From: a virus
Taxonomy: Duplodnaviria > Caudoviricetes
Reading direction: 5' to 3' (one strand)
IMG/VR virus record: IMGVR_UViG_3300032007_000001
DNA length: 64,000 nucleotides
In this document: positions 8,694 to 19,042 of the stretch, in pieces
How positions within the stretch are numbered: position 1 is the stretch's first letter
Layout: every line of letters begins with the position of its first letter
Made by a program: the position numbers and the translations under genes
Notes under the pieces: generated by a model
Databases searched by the model: none
Seen by the model: the letters and a program-made list of their open reading frames with translations, nothing else
What the model was told of the DNA's origin: nothing

Positions 8694-10622
8694 TTAATTT
8701 ATAATTGAACCTTCTGAAACTATATCAATGTCTATATTATCCAATACAAAATATTCGTTTTTCTCCAATTGAATTTTATCAACAGCCAATTGGTTTTTCT
8801 TTGAAAGAGAAACTGAATCCAAATCAACTTGTGTAATTCCATATGTATCTCTTGCAATTGCAACGAGCGTAGATTCTTCAATTGAATCTCCCATTTTCCT
8901 TAATGAAGCAACAAACGTTGAAATTTTTGTTATTATTGTATTTCTCAATACAGTAGAATTTGAATTTTCATCGCAATATGCTTTCATTAATATTTGAATG
9001 GGTACTTCATATGCTTCTCTTAAAAGAATATCGGCTGTCAAAATTCTTTTATTATTCATCATTTGCTGGAGATTATAAATCAGTTTATTAGAATTGTATT
9101 TGATAACCAATTTATCTCCATCTTGCAAAATTCCTTCTTTAATCCAATGAATTTTATCAGTGGCATAAATACTATTTCCCAAATCATCATTGACGTGTGA
9201 TTCATACCGTTGCCCAAGGTAAGTATCTTTTACTAAGATATAATCTGGTTCATTATAATATCTTAAGTAAATCTTATTACCTTTTTTAACGAACGTTCTA
9301 CCATTTAAGCGTTTATCAACAGCAATAATTTTATAAGGAATACCATTATAAAACACTTTCTGGAACATTGGTTCTGGAGTTCTCGAAGAAACATCTTCTT
9401 TTTCTGTCAATGCCCAGTTGATTGAATAGTTAATGTTATATAAATAGTTAATTGCTTCATGTAATTCTTCGTCTATTTTTTTCTTTAATAATTCAATTTC
9501 TGTTGGGTCTTCAACATCCAGTGCATACATTGAAGAATCTGGGAAATTATCAGTAATCGTAAAATCCCAAAGAATATCCTTATAATACGTTTCGTGTTCA
9601 ACGTTATCAGAAACACCATATTCAACTTCATAATCAGCTGCATTATCGTAAACGTATCCAGATGCGACTGATGTAATCGATATAATGTTACTTACAGGTT
9701 GACTTGGTAAAAGTATATCTTTATTTTCTTTTGTTATATAAGACGTTGTTAATTCCAAAGTATAAGTTGATTCAAAATTTTGTTTTCCTCTTACCCATAT
9801 ATCTACCATTCCACCACGGCCATAGATATATTCTTTAGCAGCATTAAGATATCCACCATCTCTGAACATGATAGAATCTCCGCCACCAATGACCAAACAA
9901 TCATCAACGTAATCTTGTTGAACGATATATTTCAAATAACCATTCTTTGTACAAATTGAAGCACCAAGTATTGATAACATTATCCTAAAACGAAGAGAAA
10001 TATCGTTTTCTTTATCTTCTCCGCCTGTTGTAGCTATTAAATTTGCTACACCGTCAATACCTTCTATTGGTGATGTCATAACAGTTATAGTTCCAGCCGA
10101 AACATTATAACTTTCACCTGGTGACGTTGCTTCAATATCAACTTCTATATATTTATAATTATTTAAGTAATCAGTTTGTAAAGAATTAATATTTCTTTTT
10201 GAAAGAAAAACAGATTCAGTTGTTCTAAATTCTCTATATGGAATAGCTGATGTTTCAAGCGTTGCTATTACAAAATTTTCTGGTATATATACGCTATCAG
10301 GTATAGAACTTGTTGAAGCGTTTATTCTATTTGAACCAGTTATATAAAATCTAACTCTGCCAGTAGCCTTTGTAGCAGCTCTACGCATTGTAAAATAATT
10401 TCCAGCCAATCTATCTAAATCATCACCAGATGCAGTCAATACAGATTGATTGATTTCCATTATCTTCATTGTGGCATAGTTTGCTGCAAATTCATCAGCC
10501 ATTGGAGATACGATGACATCATTCACCCATGTTCCTGGTTTAGTATCCGCAGAAGGCAAACGGTCGTTGATATCGTTTCTTATGCTTTGCTGAATTTCAT
10601 CAAAAATTCTCTGTTTAATCAA
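8694..10622 (-). CDS. Baseplate J / gp47-family protein
   Basis: TASGDDLDRLAGNYFTMRRAATKATGRV, EATSPGESYNV, ATTGGEDKENDISLRFR and GMVDIWV. Confidence 0.9.
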   Translation of the reverse strand: MIKQRIFDEIQQSIRNDINDRLPSADTKPGTWVNDVIVSPMADEFAANYATMKIMEINQSVLTASGDDLDRLAGNYFTMRRAATKATGRVRFYITGSNRINASTSSIPDSVYIPENFVIATLETSAIPYREFRTTESVFLSKRNINSLQTDYLNNYKYIEVDIEATSPGESYNVSAGTITVMTSPIEGIDGVANLIATTGGEDKENDISLRFRIMLSILGASICTKNGYLKYIVQQDYVDDCLVIGGGDSIMFRDGGYLNAAKEYIYGRGGMVDIWVRGKQNFESTYTLELTTSYITKENKDILLPSQPVSNIISITSVASGYVYDNAADYEVEYGVSDNVEHETYYKDILWDFTITDNFPDSSMYALDVEDPTEIELLKKKIDEELHEAINYLYNINYSINWALTEKEDVSSRTPEPMFQKVFYNGIPYKIIAVDKRLNGRTFVKKGNKIYLRYYNEPDYILVKDTYLGQRYESHVNDDLGNSIYATDKIHWIKEGILQDGDKLVIKYNSNKLIYNLQQMMNNKRILTADILLREAYEVPIQILMKAYCDENSNSTVLRNTIITKISTFVASLRKMGDSIEESTLVAIARDTYGITQVDLDSVSLSKKNQLAVDKIQLEKNEYFVLDNIDIDIVSEGSIIN

Positions 10623-10637
10623 CTATTTTCACCTTCC

Positions 10638-11135
10638 TTATGCGTTATAAATCGTTTGATTGAATATTTCGTCTTCTTGATTTTTTATTGTAACGTCCAA
10701 TTCGTATCCTCTATCAAATTGAGTAATTTTAACGTTTTCAACATCCAATAAAATTTCATCATCTGTCATATTATCATACGTTGAATTTTCTGTTATTTGC
10801 AAAAGTTTTAAGTATTCCAATGCCATGCGAACAGCTAAATCACATTTTGCAGCTGGCATATTTGTTATTTTTGAACCAATAATATTATGTATAATTGAAC
10901 CCCAATTCTCATAATATTTATTGTTTCCTTTTACATCATTAATGATTTTTAACATTTCTTGTTGTAATTTTATTGTGCCAGTTGCAAGAATTGGATTACC
11001 AGAAATATCGAATGTTATGTCATAATAATATCCATTTCCTTTGCATTTTGGACACATATCATGACTATATTGTTTATGATTTGCATAATGGTCGCATTGA
11101 CAAAATAATTTTATATCTGTAGACAAATAAATCAC
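10638..11135 (-). CDS. gp25/W-like baseplate wedge protein with N-terminal Zn ribbon
   Basis: Lies between spike and J genes; CQCDH...CPKCKGNG, KLQQEMLKI and YENWGS. Confidence 0.6.
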   Translation of the reverse strand: MIYLSTDIKLFCQCDHYANHKQYSHDMCPKCKGNGYYYDITFDISGNPILATGTIKLQQEMLKIINDVKGNNKYYENWGSIIHNIIGSKITNMPAAKCDLAVRMALEYLKLLQITENSTYDNMTDDEILLDVENVKITQFDRGYELDVTIKNQEDEIFNQTIYNA

Positions 11136-12055
11136 CCGTTTGAATCTTCTTGAGGAGCGTTCTTGTCGACATGACCAGCATTCTGAGAAATGCTTCCACC
11201 AGTCATTGTCATTCCACTGCTATCCATACCAAAGATTGTTTTTCCTTGTACTACCATATTTATTCCTTCTGGAGAAATCCATATACCAGACATTTGTCCA
11301 GCATCTCCTCCAGTTGCCGAAATTTCTATATGTCCATTATCTGCATCCATTCTTATCCACAAAGTACAATCACTTTGTGCCGATTCTTCTCTAGATGCAG
11401 CATCTCTATCTTGGTCTCCAGCTGAAGCCCAAGCCTTTAAGTCCAATTTATTTGACCAACGATTATGAATGTAATTGTTTCCTACACCTTTCATGCAAAG
11501 TTCTCCAGGTTTTAAGTATGGAGTGCATGCTTTATAATCGTTGTTTATATATCCAAGAATATAAGCATTGTGTCTTCTTCCAAAGCCTATGATAACTTCT
11601 GAATTCAATGGTGGAAGATAATTATATCCGCACCAAGAATCTTGTCCAACCCAAATAAATGGATATGTCAATGGAACTTTTTCTTCGTTAGAAGAATTTG
11701 CCACTTCATCCAAAGTTCTATCTTCAGGATTATACGAAATATCAGTATAATCTGTCATATCTTGTTGTGTTGGTGAAACAATACCTGAAAGATTTAACGT
11801 TAATACAACCTTGCCATTATTTTCATTAACTGCACTTTTTACATCTAAATAATTTGTTGATGTTGGATTTAAGTTATTTAAGTTTGGATTCCAAATTTTT
11901 GCAGTGCGAATAAAAACAATTGTATTTTTATCTAATGCATTATTTGCTGTTTGACCATATTCTATATGTGCATCTGTTGGACGCAAAGGCTGTTTTTGAT
12001 TGTCCAATAAATCTTGGAACATCTTTGCGTCATCTTCAGTAAATTCATTATTCAT
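11132..12055 (-). CDS. Baseplate central spike (gpV/gp5-like OB fold plus beta-helix)
   Basis: GYNYLPPLNSEVIIGF, YILGY, LKPGE, short beta-strand repeats at the C-terminus, and gene order. Confidence 0.7.
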   Translation of the reverse strand: MNNEFTEDDAKMFQDLLDNQKQPLRPTDAHIEYGQTANNALDKNTIVFIRTAKIWNPNLNNLNPTSTNYLDVKSAVNENNGKVVLTLNLSGIVSPTQQDMTDYTDISYNPEDRTLDEVANSSNEEKVPLTYPFIWVGQDSWCGYNYLPPLNSEVIIGFGRRHNAYILGYINNDYKACTPYLKPGELCMKGVGNNYIHNRWSNKLDLKAWASAGDQDRDAASREESAQSDCTLWIRMDADNGHIEISATGGDAGQMSGIWISPEGINMVVQGKTIFGMDSSGMTMTGGSISQNAGHVDKNAPQEDSNG

Positions 12056-12142
12056 TATTTCATTGTCCTTTCTATGTCAAAGAACATACTAATTTATTTA
12101 TTCTATAAAAAAATAATGTTGACCAACAAAAAAAGTATATAT

Positions 12143-12180
12143 AAAAAAATAAAAGAGTCAAAAAGACTCTTTTTATTTTT
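12143..12180 (-). terminator. Intrinsic terminator
   Basis: AAAAGAGTC-aaaaa-GACTCTTTT. Confidence 0.7.
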
Positions 12181-12643
12181 TTGCTACAACTGGTTGTGCA
12201 TTTTTCTTTTTTTCTTCTTCTTTTTTTATTCTTTCTTCTCTTGCTTTTTCTATGGCTTCCATTTTTTTATTTGTTTGTTCTTGAGCTGCACCGGCAGATT
12301 CGTCTTCAGCTTGGCCAGATTTTTTATTACCAACGCCTTTAGCTTTTTTTAATAATTTTGCAACGTTATTCATGACTTGCGCTGCCGCCGCAGCTCCAGC
12401 TAATGTTGGCAATATTTTCCCAGGAACCGCATCTGCTAATATGGAAGCCGCTTGAATTCCACCAAGTTTAGAAGCCAATTGTCCAGTAATATTTAATGCC
12501 GCATTGACATTAATGTTTTGAAGTATTGCTGTTGCTTGTTTTTTCATTGCATCTAATTTATTTTTTGCATCACTAGCTTTTTGTTTAGCAGATGATACTG
12601 CACTACTAGCTTTTGCCTGTGCTGCAGCTGCTGGAGAAGCCAT
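12173..12643 (-). CDS. Ala/Lys-rich hypothetical structural protein
   Basis: 156-aa helical ORF between hub and spike with SD GGGTGA. Confidence 0.75.
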   Translation of the reverse strand: MASPAAAAQAKASSAVSSAKQKASDAKNKLDAMKKQATAILQNINVNAALNITGQLASKLGGIQAASILADAVPGKILPTLAGAAAAAQVMNNVAKLLKKAKGVGNKKSGQAEDESAGAAQEQTNKKMEAIEKAREERIKKEEEKKKNAQPVVAKK

Positions 12644-12657
12644 AAACTATCACCCTA

Positions 12658-15600
12658 TTAGTGCGTTTTCCAATTACTTATATCATAATAATTCGGTCTA
12701 TTTAAAAGATTTCCCAAAGGATTAGTATTATTAATTACAAAACTATTATTCGTATTTGATAATGATTGTTGCTGTTTATTTCTAAAATTTAATATATTTG
12801 AATTATTTTTATCATTTGAGTTATCTTTAACTTGACCAGAATGTGATGTTGTTTTACCATCATTTGAGATAACTTTTTGGCTAGTACTTCCATCTTCATT
12901 TTGTTGCGTTATAACAGTGCCGTGAACTTGTGTTATTTCTTTTCTAACACCAGTATCTGTTTCTGTAATTTTTTCGTTTTTATTATCTGGATCTTCTTTT
13001 GGATTTCCAGAAGCTGGTGCTTCTGTTGTTTTTCCTTCTGTATTTTTACCTGGTTTTTTAAGTTCTGTTAAATCAATACTTTTAGGAATCTTAATTTTTT
13101 GGCCTTGGAAAGATTGTAATTGATTATTAATTTGCATTCCATTTTGTGCCAGAGAATTACCAAAAACTTCTGGATTTAATGCAATAATTGCTTTTCTAAA
13201 TTCTTCCAATTGTTCTTGTACAATATTTGTTTTTGTTTGATTCATAAAAGCAGAACCAATATAATAATCTTTTGTTTCAATATTTGCTCTACATTTTACT
13301 ACATATGCGTCACCTTGAGGTGATGTTTTGGATTCTTTTGTACCATTTTTACCCGCATTTAATTTTGCATGCATTTCATCTGTAATTTTTGATAATTTAT
13401 CTTGATATGATTGTGACTCATCAGATACTTCTGGTTGTGTTGTTGTTTTACCATCTGAATCCAAAATACCTTCATATACCCATCTAGTTTTATCATTATC
13501 ATATACATAAATTGTGAATGTGCCTATTTGTTCTGGTGCTCCAGTAGCTCCATTCGAATATTTTAAGAATTCACCTTTACTTTCATACGTTCTTCTTTTC
13601 CAACCTTTTTCAAACGTTTCTGAATCAAATGGTTTATCGCCAGATTCTTTTAGCGAGCGTGTTGACCATTTGTCTGCAAGTTGTTGTTCTTCTGTTTCTT
13701 CTTCAACCGGCTTTAATTGCGGCTGTTCTATTTCCAAACCATAAATATCTTTAGCTATTGAATGGAAAGTATCTGCAGCTTGTATAACATAATCTTGTTC
13801 GTTCCCGGCATCATGATATTTGTTATATTCTGCCATTAATACACTCAAATCTGGGCAATAACCCGTATTTGAATTATAATACGTTTTATACAATAACATC
13901 ATTTGGTCGATACACGAAGGCTCTCCCATCATTCTTCCGCATGTGAGCGTCAATGTCATTGTAGATTCTTTACCACCAACACCAATATCTCTTCTTATAG
14001 ACGTTACATAATAAATTGCTTGTGCATCTGTATGTTGCGCCATCCAACTAGCGCCAACGCCTTTATACGATGAAGATGCCAACTGGCCTACAGAAATATT
14101 AACGTCGTCGCCTTCCTTAAAATAATCTTCGTTTATTTTTTGTTCAGTAAATTGCGAAGCGTCAGAACCAAGATTAACAGAAAAATTAGAATCTAAATTT
14201 CCTGACATTTGTAAAGCATTCATGGCCTGCTTTGTAATGTTATTTGAAGCTGTCTGGAGCGATGTTGGATTGTGTGTATTAGATATATCACTTAATGCAG
14301 AAGATACACTAGAACCCCTTTCTTGTGAAGCGAGAGGTTTATGTGGATGTTCATCATAAGCAAAAAATCTAATTGGGTTGCCAATTCTTATAGAAGAATC
14401 TTCAATCATATTTAATGTAGCAGAATATCTTTCAGCTACAGATTTAGCACACATCATATAAGCAATCAAATGAGCATTTGCTTTGTTGCCCATATGAGGG
14501 AAATTGAATACCTTCGGGCTTGGACGACATCCAAAACGAATCATTGAATCAATATCTGGAAATACTCTTCTTATTTGTACCATTGCACCAGATTGGTCAA
14601 ATGGAGAAAAATCACCAGTAATATTAACTTCATACATATTAAAGAGATTTTCATCACTTTCTGTTAATGTGAATCCCATAATATATTCTTGTGGTATTTC
14701 TGGAATTAATTCGTCAGTAAGTTCTGACAATGTGCCATCATACCATTTATGTTTATTTTTTTCAAACTTTTTACGTGGTACAGATACTTTTATATATTGT
14801 GTTGTTGTTTCGCCTACTCCTTCAGTACCGTTTGCGCCATATACTCTGTCATGCCAATATTCTGTTTGTTCGTGTAAATATTGATTATATCCGTTTTTAT
14901 CTTCACTATTGGCATTTGTATAAATGGTTACCATTTGACCATTTAATTTGTTTAATTCTTGTTCAGATGCATTTGCATTAGAAAACGCGTCTTTATTTGC
15001 TTCAAATATTTCTGGCCATCGATTTCCATCACCAAGATATTTTTCAGCCAATTCATATAATGTCATTCCTTCTCTAACGGTTATATTAACAGTCCCTTTA
15101 TTATACAATTCAACTATTGGATTTGTAATGGTTGACCCACTAAGTTGATTTTTTGCATTATTAATGTCGCCTTTTGCATGTTTAGCAGCATCTTCTGCAG
15201 CTTTTGCATACAGATATTGTTTATATTCTTCTGTATATACTTGACGCTGAATAGAATCAGGGTCTTTTATGTAAACGCCATCTTTGCCTTTTACTTCTCC
15301 TTTTTGTTGGTCTGCTTTTGAATCAGCATTTGTGCCAGGTTTTTTTATTAACCCTTTTTTCTTAAGTTCTTCATCTTCACCATCGTCATCATCTTGCATA
15401 TCTTCAACCAAGTCTTTTTCGTGTCTGGCCCAATATCCATTCGTCAAATTTTTCATTTTTAATTCTGGAGAATTGAGAAGACCACCCTTAAGTTGAGAAT
15501 ATCCCATGTTATTATCAACTTTTGTATTCGCTCCCAATGCATAATTTGGACATTTTAATACAATATTTCCTTCTTCATCTGCAAAAAATTCCAATTGCAA

Positions 15601-17211
15601 ATCGCCAACAGCTCTTTGACATACTTGCAATCTTTTTTCTGTTACAGCAGTAAATACTTGGTCGCTTGCACCTTGTTTAATATTTACAGTAATTGGCGGA
15701 AATTGTATTGGTTCTATACGTTTTGTTAAATACCAAGTTGGAATACCAGCGTCCATACAAAGTTGACGAATAAGGCGTTCCATTGGCATTCCGCCAAAAA
15801 TATCTTTTAATGCAAAGCTTTTCCACATTGATTGCAATACTCTTTTTTCTTCTTCACTTGCATTTTCAACACTACCATTTTTACCAAGCATTGCCATAAC
15901 TTCAAAAGGATTATATATTTCTACAGTACCAAAATGTTCTGTATCTAATTTTCCCCAACGCAAATCAATACCAGCACCATTCATGGATGCGCCGGCTATC
16001 ATTGTTGGCTGAGTGGAAACATAACTCAAATCTAATAATTTTAATTGGTCTTTTGCCGTAATGCTAATTGTTAATCCATTCGTTGCGCCAGACGCATGGG
16101 TTTTTTTAACTTCAGAAATATATCCAAAAAAGATTTGTTTCATTTTGAAATCTCCAGTGGATTCATCTCTTTCAAAATTTGATTTACCAAAAACCCAAAC
16201 TTCATCCATTGATTCCCAATCGCATTTTTCGGCAAATTTCCATGTAGAAGGAGCTTTACTTAATTTTGGCCCTTGAATATCAATTCCATAATCTGGTGGT
16301 AATGTCATTGTTAATGGTTCATCATTACCCCATGCATCGCCCCTATTTTCAACAGTAACCAAACCTTCCTTAAAAACATCCTGATTGCTATGTTCAGATT
16401 GAATGTTTCCACCAGTTGTTTTTAATGAACGGTCAACACCAATAAGATTATTACTTTCTAATCCTGCTTTTTTTCCTAAATCATCATCAACATATGCACC
16501 AATACGCATAGTATAACCGGTTTTTTCATCTGTATATTTTTTAATAACTTTACCAGTTGTTTTACCATTGGTTGTTGTCATTTGCATGGTTTCGTCATAA
16601 GGATTTTCATATTGGTCCATTATTCCTTTTGTACCATTTAATTTATTAATTGCTTTATCAATGTCTTGGATGCCGGTTTCTATATAATCACCATCTTCAT
16701 AACACATAACCCTTTCTCCACCTTTTAAGGAAAAAGAACATGAACCTGGTGATAAAATTGAATGATTCGTAGAACAAGATGTAAACGTATCTATCAAATA
16801 CGTTCGCATATAATTACCGTTTTCCAATGCATTTGTTGAAGATTCTCCAAGTTTTCCGCTAGATTGTTGATTTGCAGCATTTGCCGCATAAAATAATTTT
16901 TTACGTATGAGAATAATATAGTCTTGCTTAAAATTAACTATCTTTCTAGACCCAGCTCTTGGATTATATTGTTCTTGTACACCAACAAGATGCTGAGGAT
17001 TGTCATACATTTTATAGGCTTGACCCATCAAAATGTCATCAGAAGCTTTATATTGTATTGTACCCCTATCAATAGAATGACCAACAATTGGACCATTATC
17101 ATCATTCAATAAATGCATATTTGAATTATTTCGTTCATTTTCTTGTGCCGATGCGGCATTAGGCGCTCCAGTTGTTGCCTCGTCACCTTTAATTCCCATA
17201 AATCCCAACAC
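12658..17211 (-). CDS. Baseplate hub protein with two LysM domains
   Basis: Hub-like motifs IFFGYISEV, ITAKDQLKLL, EFFADEEGNIVLK, IRIGNPI and YYVTSIRRD. LysM motifs VREGMTLYELAEKYLGDGNRWPEIFEAN and YVIQAADTFHSIAKDIYG. The true start may be the ATG four codons in. Confidence 0.8.
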   Translation of the reverse strand: MLGFMGIKGDEATTGAPNAASAQENERNNSNMHLLNDDNGPIVGHSIDRGTIQYKASDDILMGQAYKMYDNPQHLVGVQEQYNPRAGSRKIVNFKQDYIILIRKKLFYAANAANQQSSGKLGESSTNALENGNYMRTYLIDTFTSCSTNHSILSPGSCSFSLKGGERVMCYEDGDYIETGIQDIDKAINKLNGTKGIMDQYENPYDETMQMTTTNGKTTGKVIKKYTDEKTGYTMRIGAYVDDDLGKKAGLESNNLIGVDRSLKTTGGNIQSEHSNQDVFKEGLVTVENRGDAWGNDEPLTMTLPPDYGIDIQGPKLSKAPSTWKFAEKCDWESMDEVWVFGKSNFERDESTGDFKMKQIFFGYISEVKKTHASGATNGLTISITAKDQLKLLDLSYVSTQPTMIAGASMNGAGIDLRWGKLDTEHFGTVEIYNPFEVMAMLGKNGSVENASEEEKRVLQSMWKSFALKDIFGGMPMERLIRQLCMDAGIPTWYLTKRIEPIQFPPITVNIKQGASDQVFTAVTEKRLQVCQRAVGDLQLEFFADEEGNIVLKCPNYALGANTKVDNNMGYSQLKGGLLNSPELKMKNLTNGYWARHEKDLVEDMQDDDDGEDEELKKKGLIKKPGTNADSKADQQKGEVKGKDGVYIKDPDSIQRQVYTEEYKQYLYAKAAEDAAKHAKGDINNAKNQLSGSTITNPIVELYNKGTVNITVREGMTLYELAEKYLGDGNRWPEIFEANKDAFSNANASEQELNKLNGQMVTIYTNANSEDKNGYNQYLHEQTEYWHDRVYGANGTEGVGETTTQYIKVSVPRKKFEKNKHKWYDGTLSELTDELIPEIPQEYIMGFTLTESDENLFNMYEVNITGDFSPFDQSGAMVQIRRVFPDIDSMIRFGCRPSPKVFNFPHMGNKANAHLIAYMMCAKSVAERYSATLNMIEDSSIRIGNPIRFFAYDEHPHKPLASQERGSSVSSALSDISNTHNPTSLQTASNNITKQAMNALQMSGNLDSNFSVNLGSDASQFTEQKINEDYFKEGDDVNISVGQLASSSYKGVGASWMAQHTDAQAIYYVTSIRRDIGVGGKESTMTLTLTCGRMMGEPSCIDQMMLLYKTYYNSNTGYCPDLSVLMAEYNKYHDAGNEQDYVIQAADTFHSIAKDIYGLEIEQPQLKPVEEETEEQQLADKWSTRSLKESGDKPFDSETFEKGWKRRTYESKGEFLKYSNGATGAPEQIGTFTIYVYDNDKTRWVYEGILDSDGKTTTQPEVSDESQSYQDKLSKITDEMHAKLNAGKNGTKESKTSPQGDAYVVKCRANIETKDYYIGSAFMNQTKTNIVQEQLEEFRKAIIALNPEVFGNSLAQNGMQINNQLQSFQGQKIKIPKSIDLTELKKPGKNTEGKTTEAPASGNPKEDPDNKNEKITETDTGVRKEITQVHGTVITQQNEDGSTSQKVISNDGKTTSHSGQVKDNSNDKNNSNILNFRNKQQQSLSNTNNSFVINNTNPLGNLLNRPNYYDISNWKTH

Positions 17212-17223
17212 CTTTTACAAAAC

Positions 17224-19020
17224 TTAAAAAGTAATTCCGTTACCGAAACCTTTATTACCATATTGTAAATCTATTTTTCTATAATCCCAATTAAAATCAT
17301 TATTATTTGAATTCCAACCACCATTTGTAAGATTGAATGTTCCTCCATGCCCAACCTGTTTCTGATTACCATTAATAGATTGAGCAAATTTTTCCGTTAC
17401 GCTGCCGTATGTATCTCGATAAACTTGTGAAAATAATTCATTATTAAAACCGCTGTTATCGCTAGCGTCTTTCACGTTAGTTTTTCCTCCTCCACCCATC
17501 AACGCACCAAGCGCTCCACCAAGAACATTCAATCCAACACCAGTTAAAACGTTTTTAAGATTAAAACCGCTGCTACTGCTGCTACTAGTTCCAGCAGCTC
17601 TTATATTTTGACGATTAACTTTAATTTGACGAGTTATTGTAAATTTCATTGAATATGAAATAGACATTGTTGTTGCTTGTCTAGTCCATGTAAATTGGTC
17701 AAAATGTCCAAGAAATACTCTATCATCAAAATATATAAAAATCTGTCTTGGACGATATAAGTCTGTCAAATTATCATTTATATCAGAAACTGCATTTGCA
17801 ACAACGTCTTTATTGATTAACCGTTCTTTATTAAGAGTTTGAACAGTATTTACGACTCTTTGTAAATCCATTGTTGTCATTGAACCTAACGTATAATAAT
17901 TACCTTGTGTAGCTTGGTTCGGCATAGCATAAGGTGAATTTCCACCATTTAAGAATGTTGCCAATCCATCAACAGCACCACTTAGTCCAAAACCAAGCTG
18001 GTCCAAAAAACCACCTATATTTGCATTACTATCTTTTGTACCATATCCAGTTGCTCCAAGTAATGCATCTGTTGCTATATTACCAATTATATTTTTATCA
18101 TAACCAGAAAAAATATTTTTCAATGATGATGTTAAATCATTTAAGTTTTCTTTACTAGATTTAGCTGGATTTATAACAGCACTCCCAATTCCAGAAATCA
18201 AGCTTGCTACAGATAATGCACCAGATGCTTGATTTGTAGCAGCGCCTGTTACTTTTCCAAGTAAATTATTACCAGCTTGTTGAGATACAACGCCACCAAA
18301 ACAGCCGCTAGTACCCTTGAGTGCGTCTTGAACCGAACCTTTATTATTCATTCCAAGAGCATCGCCAAGAGTACCAACAACTTTGTTGTTTATATATTCT
18401 TTGGCCGTGTTAGCAATCCCTTCTAAACCAACAGCACCTAATACGCCACTTAATAAATCTCCAGTTGCTCCACCAGAACCGCTACTCCCAGCGGCTTTTA
18501 TATTATTTGTATGAACCGTTGTAACATCAACATTTGTATATTTTAACAATGTTCCAGAATAATGGTATACCTCTTCTAATGCTTCTATACCTTTCATTTG
18601 AGACATACCAGTTTCACCAGTAATATCCAATGTCCAAACATCATCACCGTAATGATGAAAATATATGCCACCACGAGTAAATACTTTTGCTTTTACTTTT
18701 TGGGTTGATATATTAATTTTATTCGGATTAATGTATAATACAACTTCTTTTTTCTGAGATGGCGTAAGATAATATTCTATTGACATTGGTATGCGTTCTT
18801 TTAATGACATATACCTATCTGAAGCCATTTGTGCAGCACCAAAAATATCAGTAAGATAATTATTATATCTTGCTTGTTCTTGCATAAATTTATTCGTTGA
18901 TGCTACATTTCCAAGATTGCCAACAATTGTTCCTGGAATATTAATAGCTTCCGATATTGGAGTTTCAATACCATTTTGTATTGTTGTTGGAAAAGGATTT
19001 GCTATAATAGATGAATCCAA
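17224..19020 (-). CDS. Tail-tube-initiator-like baseplate protein with Gly-rich insertion
   Basis: LYINPNKINIS...TRGG...LDITGETG and FLGHFDQFTWT...YSMKFTI flank a long G/A/S-rich segment; lies between tape measure and hub. Confidence 0.6.
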   Translation of the reverse strand: MDSSIIANPFPTTIQNGIETPISEAINIPGTIVGNLGNVASTNKFMQEQARYNNYLTDIFGAAQMASDRYMSLKERIPMSIEYYLTPSQKKEVVLYINPNKINISTQKVKAKVFTRGGIYFHHYGDDVWTLDITGETGMSQMKGIEALEEVYHYSGTLLKYTNVDVTTVHTNNIKAAGSSGSGGATGDLLSGVLGAVGLEGIANTAKEYINNKVVGTLGDALGMNNKGSVQDALKGTSGCFGGVVSQQAGNNLLGKVTGAATNQASGALSVASLISGIGSAVINPAKSSKENLNDLTSSLKNIFSGYDKNIIGNIATDALLGATGYGTKDSNANIGGFLDQLGFGLSGAVDGLATFLNGGNSPYAMPNQATQGNYYTLGSMTTMDLQRVVNTVQTLNKERLINKDVVANAVSDINDNLTDLYRPRQIFIYFDDRVFLGHFDQFTWTRQATTMSISYSMKFTITRQIKVNRQNIRAAGTSSSSSSGFNLKNVLTGVGLNVLGGALGALMGGGGKTNVKDASDNSGFNNELFSQVYRDTYGSVTEKFAQSINGNQKQVGHGGTFNLTNGGWNSNNNDFNWDYRKIDLQYGNKGFGNGITF

Positions 19021-19042
19021 TTAATTCACCTTCTCTCTAATT

